Shown: positions 24,781-32,000 of the stretch, piece by piece
Layout of the letters: each line of letters begins with the position of its first letter
How positions within the stretch are numbered: the first letter of the stretch is position 1
Source of the DNA: Nitrosococcus oceani ATCC 19707
GTDB taxonomy: Bacteria; Pseudomonadota; Gammaproteobacteria; Nitrosococcales; Nitrosococcaceae
Reading direction: 5' to 3'
Assembly: GCF_000012805.1 (NCBI RefSeq)
Contig: NC_007484.1
Coordinates: 1,320,001-1,352,000, forward strand
DNA length: 32,000 bases
Notes under the pieces: generated by a model
Seen by the model: only the letters and a program-made list of their open reading frames with translations
The model's database searches: none
What the model was told of the DNA's origin: nothing
Program-made: the position numbers and the translations under genes

Positions 24781-26030
24781 TGTTAACTTCCATGGGAGAA
24801 ACCGATCCGGAAATTTTGATTAATGTGGATAATGTTAGCAAGTGCTATCATTTATACCACCGCCCTCAGGATCGACTGTGGCAGTCTTTTTTTCGAGGGC
24901 GTAAAAAATTTCACCGTGAATTTTGGGCATTACTCAATATTTCCTTGCAGGTCCGGCGGCATGAGGCTGTAGCTATCATCGGGCGCAATGGCGCGGGAAA
25001 AAGCACCTTGCTACAGATCATTGCCGGCACTTTAGCGCCTACCTCAGGAAAAATCGCTGTTCAAGGCAGAGTTGCGGCCTTGCTCCAATTGGGAAGCGGT
25101 TTTAACCCTGAATTCACGGGGCGGGAAAATGTGTTTCTAAACGGCGCTATCCTTGGGTTTAGCCGCGCTGAAATTAGCTGCCGCTTTGAAGCAATAACAG
25201 CCTTTGCGGAGATCGGTAATTTTATTGATCAACCGGTTAAAACCTATTCTTCCGGGATGATCATGCGGCTTGCTTTCGCTGTTTCTACTTGTCTTGAACC
25301 GGAAGTGCTGATCATCGATGAGGCTTTAGCGGTAGGGGACGCAGCATTCCAATTTAAATGCAGGGATCGGCTTCAGGGTCTGATTACTCAAGGAACTACA
25401 TTATTACTGGTTTCCCATGATATGAGCGCTGTTAAATCGTTTTGTCATCGTGCAGTCTATATTGAAGATGGCCAAAAAAAGGCGGAGGGTGAACCGGAAC
25501 ACATCTCTGAGCGTTATTTTATGGATGTGCGTGCCCGGCAGATGAGTCGCGTACAACAAGAAAAAAAAGGCAGGGATACCATCGTCTGTGAAAAGTCCCA
25601 TGGTTATGGCACTAGTGAAGGAGAAATTGAGTCCGCTGTTTTTGTAGCAACAAGAGGAAGTGCCGCTCTTTTTAATTATGGTGATACTATTGAATTAAAG
25701 GTTACCTGCCAGTTTGCGTCTCACATAGAGTTTCCATGCCTATCGGTAGTACTCCAGGCAACTAATCTAGTGGGTATAGGTGGGCGCTGGTTCCGTATTA
25801 ACCCGCTTTCTTCGGAATTCGATGCTGCTGCTATTACTTTAAAAATAAAGTTTCCCGCAAAATTTAATGATGGAAAATATTTTATTACCCTAAGATTGGA
25901 AGATCGTAAAGATCAGAAACAATATTTTATTTTACATAAAATTCCAGGCGCATTAACATTTGATATTTTGCCGCGTACTAATAACGATTTATTAGGGTTT
26001 AATGATATAAAACTTACCTGTGAGCAGTAA
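24780..26030 (+). CDS. wzt: Polysaccharide export ABC ATPase with a C-terminal substrate-binding domain (Wzt/TagH-like)
   Basis: The ATG overlaps the wzm stop by 1 nt. Walker A GRNGAGKSTL, signature YSSGMIMRLAFA, Walker B VLIIDEAL. About 150 extra C-terminal residues (from about nt 25572) are beta-rich, as in the Wzt_C jelly-roll domain. Confidence 0.9.
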   Translation: MLTSMGETDPEILINVDNVSKCYHLYHRPQDRLWQSFFRGRKKFHREFWALLNISLQVRRHEAVAIIGRNGAGKSTLLQIIAGTLAPTSGKIAVQGRVAALLQLGSGFNPEFTGRENVFLNGAILGFSRAEISCRFEAITAFAEIGNFIDQPVKTYSSGMIMRLAFAVSTCLEPEVLIIDEALAVGDAAFQFKCRDRLQGLITQGTTLLLVSHDMSAVKSFCHRAVYIEDGQKKAEGEPEHISERYFMDVRARQMSRVQQEKKGRDTIVCEKSHGYGTSEGEIESAVFVATRGSAALFNYGDTIELKVTCQFASHIEFPCLSVVLQATNLVGIGGRWFRINPLSSEFDAAAITLKIKFPAKFNDGKYFITLRLEDRKDQKQYFILHKIPGALTFDILPRTNNDLLGFNDIKLTCEQ

Positions 26031-26033
26031 GAA

Positions 26034-26663
26034 ATGATTATTTCTCACAAATATCAATTTATTTTTATAAAGAACGGAAAAACAGCAGGAACAAGTATTG
26101 AAGTATTCCTTTCCAAGTTTTGCGGTTCTTTTGATATCGTTACCCCCATTTATCCCGCGGTGGAATCCCATTTTCCTCGTAATTACGCGGGTTTTTATAA
26201 CCGCATGACGAGCGCGGAGATTCGGGAGAAAATAGGTAAGAAAACCTGGAAAAATTATTTTAAATTTTGTGTAGAGCGTAACCCTTGGGATAAAGCTATC
26301 TCCTATTATTATATGGCTAAATGCAGAACTGGTGGGAATCTCTCTCTTGACAAATTTCTCGATGGCTGTGAATTTCCCATCAATTTTCCCCGCTATACAG
26401 AACCAGGAAATAGTTCAAAAATTATTGTAGATAAAATTATTGACTTTAATAACCTTATTGAAGGCTTAGGAGAAGTTTTCGGAAGGTTAGGATTACCTTT
26501 TGATGGTTCGCTTGGGGTTTATGCTAAATCAGAATATCGGACTGATCGACGGCCTTATCAAGAAGTTTTGACGGCTTCCCAGGCACGTAAAATTCAAGAG
26601 ATCTTTGCGGTGGAGATTGATTTGCATGGTTATCATTTTCAGAAAGTAAAATTAATCGCATGA
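26034..26663 (+). CDS. Family-2 type sulfotransferase (paralog 1)
   Basis: 5'-PSB-like loop FIKNGKTAGTSIEVFL and 3'-PB-like motif VERNPWDKAISYYY. 209 aa. Separated from wzt by a 3-nt gap. Confidence 0.8.
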   Translation: MIISHKYQFIFIKNGKTAGTSIEVFLSKFCGSFDIVTPIYPAVESHFPRNYAGFYNRMTSAEIREKIGKKTWKNYFKFCVERNPWDKAISYYYMAKCRTGGNLSLDKFLDGCEFPINFPRYTEPGNSSKIIVDKIIDFNNLIEGLGEVFGRLGLPFDGSLGVYAKSEYRTDRRPYQEVLTASQARKIQEIFAVEIDLHGYHFQKVKLIA

Positions 26664-27280
26664 TAGGAATACGTCACCAATTCATTTTTGTGCATATTCC
26701 AAAGACCGCTGGCAATGCCATGCAGAATATTCTAAGCACCTACTCGGAAGATACTATCGTTGTCAGCGGCAATAAGGATGGTGTTCATCGATTTGGATTA
26801 TATAGTCTCTACGGCACCACTAAGCACTCGACTTTGACTGATTATTTTTTTGCACTAGGGCCAGAATCATTTTGGCCAAAACGAAAATTTACCTGTGTCC
26901 GTAATCCTTGGGATCGTGCTATCTCTTTTTATTTTTCACCACATAATAAAAATTATTCCTGGAATAGAAATAAATTTATCCGCATGTTGGATAAAATTTA
27001 TCCAATGACTACTTTTTTGCGCCTACCTGCCCATGTGGCGAGTACAAAACCTGATCAAAACATTGATCTTATTATCCGCTACGAAGATTTACACAAAGGT
27101 TTTTCTAAGTTATGCGATATCCTAGGGATTTCAAGGAGAAGTCTTCCTGTTCTCAATAAGGGGAATCGGAAGTCCTATTTTGAATATTACGATTCCGATC
27201 TTATCCAAATAGTAGCGGAGCGTTTCCGGGAAGATATTGAGAATTTTGGCTATGAATTCGATTCCCCTAAGCGCTATTAA
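26660..27280 (+). CDS. Family-2 type sulfotransferase (paralog 2)
   Basis: FVHIPKTAGNAMQNIL and VRNPWDRAISFYF. ATGA overlap with paralog 1. Confidence 0.8.
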   Translation: MIGIRHQFIFVHIPKTAGNAMQNILSTYSEDTIVVSGNKDGVHRFGLYSLYGTTKHSTLTDYFFALGPESFWPKRKFTCVRNPWDRAISFYFSPHNKNYSWNRNKFIRMLDKIYPMTTFLRLPAHVASTKPDQNIDLIIRYEDLHKGFSKLCDILGISRRSLPVLNKGNRKSYFEYYDSDLIQIVAERFREDIENFGYEFDSPKRY

Positions 27281-27282
27281 GA

Positions 27283-27990
27283 ATGAAGATCGTCATCGTG
27301 CATATTCCTAAGGCGGCGGGTACTTCACTCAAGGAAGCTATTTCCGCTAAAGTAGGTATCGATAATATTCATTTTGATTATGATCGCCCCCTCGCCAGGG
27401 GTGATTTATCAAGGAATGCTCGTTGCTTGGCCTCAAGTATTACCGTTAAGCCGAGAGAAGAATCAATTATTTTCGGTCATTTCCTAGTGGGAAAATATGC
27501 TAGATTTAACGGCTGTTATTTTAGGCGCCGTAAAAAAATATTTTACGTGACTTTTCTCAGAGAACCTTTACAAAGAGCAATATCGCATTTTTTTTTCTGG
27601 AAAAGAACGGCTGTTCAAGGACATCGGGTTTGGGAGCGTTTTACTCAAGAGAATTGGAGCTTAGAAAGATTCCTGCTATCTAGGGAACATACTAATTTCC
27701 AGGCCAAATTCCTTTGGCGATTTCCGTTGAATCAGTTTGACTTTATCGGTTTAACAGAATATTTCCATGATAGCGTAGAAATGCTGGGACGCGTTTCTCC
27801 ACTGCTAAGCGGCTTGCCAATAAAAACAGAAAACGGTAATCCAAAAAATTCTATTGGAGCGAGTTATAGCATTGATTCCTGTCTGGCATCCGAGTTTATG
27901 CGCCGCAATGAATTGGATTACGATTTATATAATCAAGGAGTTAAACGTTTTCTTATACAAAAACACAAACTTTTAAAGGCAAAGGGATGA
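27283..27990 (+). CDS. Family-2 type sulfotransferase (paralog 3, more divergent)
   Basis: IVHIPKAAGTSLKEAI and LREPLQRAISHFFF. 2-nt gap upstream and ATGA overlap downstream. Confidence 0.75.
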   Translation: MKIVIVHIPKAAGTSLKEAISAKVGIDNIHFDYDRPLARGDLSRNARCLASSITVKPREESIIFGHFLVGKYARFNGCYFRRRKKIFYVTFLREPLQRAISHFFFWKRTAVQGHRVWERFTQENWSLERFLLSREHTNFQAKFLWRFPLNQFDFIGLTEYFHDSVEMLGRVSPLLSGLPIKTENGNPKNSIGASYSIDSCLASEFMRRNELDYDLYNQGVKRFLIQKHKLLKAKG

Positions 27991-30900
27991 CTATGACGGA
28001 CAGCTCATCGGTCGTATTTTTGCTAGGAGTGCCCCGTTCAGGTACAACTTTACTTTCTTGGTTGCTTAATCAGCACCGGAGTATTTACTGCCCGCCGGAG
28101 CCGTGGCTGCTGCTGGGACTAGAATCGCTTGGACAGGTTCCTGCTGATCACGTTGCCGATCCGCCTCTTTTGTCTAGCGCGGTTGCTGAGTTTTTAGGAG
28201 CTAGACGATTACAGAGTCTCAAGCGGGCAGCCTTATCTATTTATCAGCACGCCTTGGAGGAAGCGGGAAAATCTGTTTTTATTGATAAAACCCCTCGTAA
28301 CTATCATGCCCTTGATTTTGTGCAGGAGTTTCTGCCGGAAGGAAAAATTATTTTTCTCGTACGCAATCCCCTTGATGTGGCGGCTTCTTTTAAAACTTCT
28401 TGGTCGGTGGAACTTCCAAAAATTATCTCTAATCAGGAAGATACTCCTTTTATTTTTGACTATATTCTAGGTTTTAATAGACTGCTGGATTTTGAAGAAA
28501 ATTATCCCGTGCTTAGAGTTCGTTATGAGGACTTGGTTGTTGATCCTGATGAACAAATGGTGCGTATCTTTAAGTATCTAAAACTCCCACCGCAAGCAAT
28601 TAATAAGGATTTGGACATTCAAAAAACCTCCTATGCCAGGAGTTCTCTCGGCGATAAGAGAATTCTTGCGACGCCCTCTATTCATACGCGATCTATTGAT
28701 GCTTATAAGGGTGTTTTCAAAAAAGGGGAAATTCAAACTCTTTTGAATTCCTTGGGAGAAAAATCTTTTTTTAAATTAGGTTATGCCCAACAATATGCTG
28801 ATGCCTGTGCAGAATTCGAAATAATGCCTTGTCACGAGATCTCTTCACGGCTGCTAAAAACAGCGGAAGGATACGTGCAACGACGCCAGAGGCGTTGTTC
28901 TGACCTCCAGTCACGAGGTATTTTCGAGCAAAAAATAGAATATTTAAGTCAACAAATTGAATGCTTGAAGCAACAAAATGAAATTGCCCAGAAGCGCAAT
29001 CAGGATATTAGTAATGAATTAAAATCCGCTCAGAGGCAAAATAGCACGCTTAATAAGCAGTTAATTCTATCGAGAACAGAAAAGGAAGAATTTAAGAAGC
29101 AATTCCATTCGTTGCAAAATATGGGTTTGAAAGCGCGTTTACATGGGGATCTTGGATATATTAAAAAACGCTTAAAACAGAAAATCAAAGATGGCCTTTG
29201 GCACGTAGTACAAGGGCCGCCCGCACCGCCATTACCAAGAATAACGATAGTTACGCCGGTGCTTAATGGCGCTCAATTTATTGAAGCGACGCTGCGCTCG
29301 GTGCTGGTACAAGAATATCCCGCACTGGAATTTATCATCGTTGATGGTGGTTCCACTGATGATACCTTGTCTATTATAGATAGCGTTCAAAATAGTTCTG
29401 ATTTTAAGGATAGAATTAGTTGTGTCATATCAGAGCCTGATGGCGGCATGTATGATGCTATCGCTAAGGGCTTCTCGCGGGCAACGGGTGAAATACTGGG
29501 ATACCTAAATGCTGATGATTTACTTGAAGGCGGGGCCTTAGCTGCTGTTGGCAGTTATTTCTCCCGCCATCCGAAAGTAGCCGTAATCTACCATGAGGAC
29601 ACTGTTTTGGTGAACGGGTGGAAATATCCCAACGTTCGGCAGCCAAAGGGGATAAATACGGTTGATCTGCTTAATAAGCATATTTTATTTCAGGACGGTG
29701 TTTTTTTTAGGCGGGAAGCTTACCAAACCATTGGTGGTTTACGGCGTGATTTAAAATTAGCGGGAGATTATGATCTCTGGTTGCGTTTATCGGCTCGTTT
29801 TAAATTTATCCGTAGGTCAGGGCATGTTAGTTGTTTCCGTATTCGCCGGGGGCAATTTAGCGAAAATATGGAAGCTTATAATGAAGAAATGGAACGTGCG
29901 CGCCATGATTTTTTATCCCAAGCTTCCCGCTTGCAAATACTTCGCTGGGAAATTCAAAAGAAATATCTTTTTTTCAGTAAATCTATAGAAAAAATTTCGA
30001 GGCGCCACCGCTTATTTTTCCCCCTCGATTTTAGCAATTTGCCGCCACCGCCTGTTAGTTTGTCTGGAACGGAGTATGGACAGGCATTAAGCCCCATTGA
30101 TGGCAAGTTGGCAGAGCGGTTCTTGTTTAGTACTCCAGATACTCGCTTTGGCGATAAGATGATCAATTATATCTACCTGGATACCCGTCATCTCATTGCG
30201 ATTACTTATCCGCCTATCCAGCCTGCTGAACTTGACAGATTGTATAAGCGCCATTATTCTGCGCCGCCCTCATCGATCAATAACCCAGAGAGTCCTTCGC
30301 CCTATCGTCAGTTCGAGGGTAAACGCCCCTGGGAGAAATTGCTTCTGAGGCTACCCGTGGAGCGGTGGCTTTCGTATTTTTTTTCCAAAGATCTCTGGCT
30401 AGATAATACCCTGAATGAGTTGAGTAATACGCTTCAATCTTCACAAATTAATATTCACAGCCCACTTCGAGTACTTGATACTGGTTGTTTTGAGGGCCAT
30501 TTACTCGATGGCATTGCCGCCCGGAAATCCTGGCGAGGTTATGGCCTGGAACCCAATATCCAAGCGGTGGAAATTGCTCGTGGTAAGGGGCATTGTGTTT
30601 GGCAAGGACGTGCTGAAGATGCTGTTGAGATTATTCCATATTCCTATCAGTTCGATGTCATTTTCATGGGGCAAAGTATTGAGCATACAGATGATCCGGT
30701 GCGGGTCCTGCGCCGTCTTCGTCTGCTACTTGCCCCTGGTGGCGTTCTGGTCGTGAGTACGCCTAATTTGGATTCCCGGCAAATTACCTGGTTTGGCCCA
30801 ACTTGGGCTCATTGGCATGCACCCTATCATCGCTATATTTTTTCGAGGAAGGGTTTATTCGCCCTAGCCAGACAAACAGGTTTGCATCCTGTTTGTTTCA

Positions 30901-31106
30901 AAACCTTCTCCCATTGTTACTGGACTGCCATGTCACTAATGCAGAATTTTATCGGGCTTGGAGGTAGCGTATCCCATACAGTCGATTTTGATCATCCCCT
31001 GCGTTTACGGGCGCAAAGAATTAATTTTTGGCAGCAGTTTTTTTGGAATCGTATAGGCAAAGGGGATTATTGCTTCTTTGTGATGAGGGATGAGGAAAGT
31101 GGCTAA
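27987..31106 (+). CDS. Multidomain glycan biosynthesis protein: sulfotransferase, coiled coil, GT2 glycosyltransferase, class I SAM methyltransferase
   Basis: 1039 aa. Residues about 7-270: LLGVPRSGTTLLS (PAPS 5'-PSB) and IIFLVRNPLDVAASF (3'-PB). Residues about 300-400: heptad-rich segment (EQKIEYLSQQIECLKQQNEIAQKRNQDISNELKSAQRQNSTLNKQL..). Residues about 417-640: GT2 (ITIVTPVLNGAQFIEATLRSVL..IIVDGGSTDDT..LNADD). Residues about 825-1035: methyltransferase (VLDTGCFEGHLL..LLAPGGVLVVSTPN). Confidence 0.85.
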   Translation: MTMTDSSSVVFLLGVPRSGTTLLSWLLNQHRSIYCPPEPWLLLGLESLGQVPADHVADPPLLSSAVAEFLGARRLQSLKRAALSIYQHALEEAGKSVFIDKTPRNYHALDFVQEFLPEGKIIFLVRNPLDVAASFKTSWSVELPKIISNQEDTPFIFDYILGFNRLLDFEENYPVLRVRYEDLVVDPDEQMVRIFKYLKLPPQAINKDLDIQKTSYARSSLGDKRILATPSIHTRSIDAYKGVFKKGEIQTLLNSLGEKSFFKLGYAQQYADACAEFEIMPCHEISSRLLKTAEGYVQRRQRRCSDLQSRGIFEQKIEYLSQQIECLKQQNEIAQKRNQDISNELKSAQRQNSTLNKQLILSRTEKEEFKKQFHSLQNMGLKARLHGDLGYIKKRLKQKIKDGLWHVVQGPPAPPLPRITIVTPVLNGAQFIEATLRSVLVQEYPALEFIIVDGGSTDDTLSIIDSVQNSSDFKDRISCVISEPDGGMYDAIAKGFSRATGEILGYLNADDLLEGGALAAVGSYFSRHPKVAVIYHEDTVLVNGWKYPNVRQPKGINTVDLLNKHILFQDGVFFRREAYQTIGGLRRDLKLAGDYDLWLRLSARFKFIRRSGHVSCFRIRRGQFSENMEAYNEEMERARHDFLSQASRLQILRWEIQKKYLFFSKSIEKISRRHRLFFPLDFSNLPPPPVSLSGTEYGQALSPIDGKLAERFLFSTPDTRFGDKMINYIYLDTRHLIAITYPPIQPAELDRLYKRHYSAPPSSINNPESPSPYRQFEGKRPWEKLLLRLPVERWLSYFFSKDLWLDNTLNELSNTLQSSQINIHSPLRVLDTGCFEGHLLDGIAARKSWRGYGLEPNIQAVEIARGKGHCVWQGRAEDAVEIIPYSYQFDVIFMGQSIEHTDDPVRVLRRLRLLLAPGGVLVVSTPNLDSRQITWFGPTWAHWHAPYHRYIFSRKGLFALARQTGLHPVCFKTFSHCYWTAMSLMQNFIGLGGSVSHTVDFDHPLRLRAQRINFWQQFFWNRIGKGDYCFFVMRDEESG

Positions 31107-31926
31107 TTTGAAACTTCCAACTATTAGTATTGTAACGCCGTCCCTCAATCAGGGAGAGTATGTGGAGTGGACGGTGCGATCGGTGTTTGAGCAACGTTAT
31201 CCAAACCTGGAGTATATCTTTATGGATGGTGGCTCTACTGATCAGACGCTAGATCGTATTGCCTCCTACCGTAATCGTTTTTTACATTTTGAGTCGGGGC
31301 CTGATGGAGGGCAGAGTGCAGCTATTGCTAAGGGATTTAGCATTGCCACTGGGGAGATTATGGCCTATTTAAATAGCGATGATGTGCTACTGCCCGGTAC
31401 GCTTAATTTTGTGGCCGATTATTTCCATCGTCATCCTGAAGTAGATTTTCTTTATGGCCATCGTTGCATTGTTAACGAAATAAATCAAGTTATAGGACAC
31501 TGGATTCTGCCTCGGCATAGCAGTTTTTTAATGCGGCGTTGGGATCTTATCCCGCAGGAATCTTGTTTCTGGCGTCGTCGCCTGTTTGAACAAAAAGGGA
31601 ATATCGATGCCAGTTTCCAATTTGCTATGGATTATGATTTGTTCGTACGCTATATGGACGTTGGTAATTTCAAGCGGGTAAACCGATTTCTTTCGGCCTT
31701 TCGAGTGCATAAAGATGCTAAAACCACAACCCAGCTGACGACTACCGGTTGGGCGGAAATAGAACGTGTACAACGGTCCAATCAGATGCGGTTTCCACCT
31801 TTGCTAGGTAAGCTTTTCCCTCTTTCGGTACAATTACGTTCCCTCCTTTTTATTCGAAGAGGAGAGTGCTTTCCGGGGCTTCCTCCAGGGTCGAATTTTA
31901 ACTTAAACATCCTATGGGGAGATTAA
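31090..31926 (+). CDS. GT2 family glycosyltransferase (paralog of the GT2 domain in the 1039-aa protein)
   Basis: ISIVTPSLNQGEYVEWTVRSVFEQRYPNLEYIFMDGGSTDQTLDRI and AIAKGFSIATGEIMAYLNSDD align colinearly with residues about 419-515 of the upstream protein. The start overlaps the upstream gene; 31099 (GTG) and 31108 (TTG) are alternatives. Confidence 0.85.
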   Translation: MRKVANLKLPTISIVTPSLNQGEYVEWTVRSVFEQRYPNLEYIFMDGGSTDQTLDRIASYRNRFLHFESGPDGGQSAAIAKGFSIATGEIMAYLNSDDVLLPGTLNFVADYFHRHPEVDFLYGHRCIVNEINQVIGHWILPRHSSFLMRRWDLIPQESCFWRRRLFEQKGNIDASFQFAMDYDLFVRYMDVGNFKRVNRFLSAFRVHKDAKTTTQLTTTGWAEIERVQRSNQMRFPPLLGKLFPLSVQLRSLLFIRRGECFPGLPPGSNFNLNILWGD

Positions 31927-32000
31927 GTAGATTTTGAGATAAGCTTTTCGGTAAAAAAATGAACCCATTCTTGGGAAATTTATACCGGCTTTACAGTTTG

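Overview
This is a chromosomal window that looks gammaproteobacterial, judged from the gmk-rpoZ-spoT-ridA-recG gene order; the species cannot be determined without a database search. All genes except one are on the + strand. I saw no rRNA, tRNA, CRISPR array, transposase or integrase. The window falls into four blocks. (1) 120-5108 is a tightly coupled four-gene operon: a TelA-like helical protein, a single-pass membrane protein, a long coiled-coil protein with a Gly/Arg/Phe tail, and a PIN-PhoH (PhoH2-type) ATPase. (2) 5235-14810 is housekeeping: a zinc deaminase, gmk, rpoZ, spoT, ridA, recG, ubiA, a secreted SNase-type nuclease, a small ORF, and a Mip/FkpA-like FKBP isomerase on the - strand, with convergent terminators. 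(3) 15163-22308 is an envelope module. It starts with a 670-bp AT-rich leader carrying paired palindromes and a sigma54-like element. It then encodes a YcnI/DUF1775-like secreted protein, an exported STN-like plus HEAT-repeat protein, a small secreted protein, a TlpA-like thioredoxin, a DUF4266 lipoprotein, a roughly 850-aa outer-membrane protein fusing DUF3570 to a Met/His-rich barrel, and an ApbE flavin transferase with no signal peptide. This is my best candidate for an undescribed periplasm/outer-membrane redox system, possibly linked to copper. (4) 22403-31926 and beyond is a visibly AT-richer, translationally coupled glycan locus that depends on an ABC transporter. It encodes a membrane-fused spermidine-synthase-like protein, Wzm, Wzt with a C-terminal binding domain, three tandem family-2 sulfotransferases, a 1039-aa sulfotransferase/coiled-coil/GT2/methyltransferase protein, and a GT2 paralog. 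This predicts a sulfated, end-capped polysaccharide. All family assignments come from motif recognition by eye and need an HMM or structure search to confirm.
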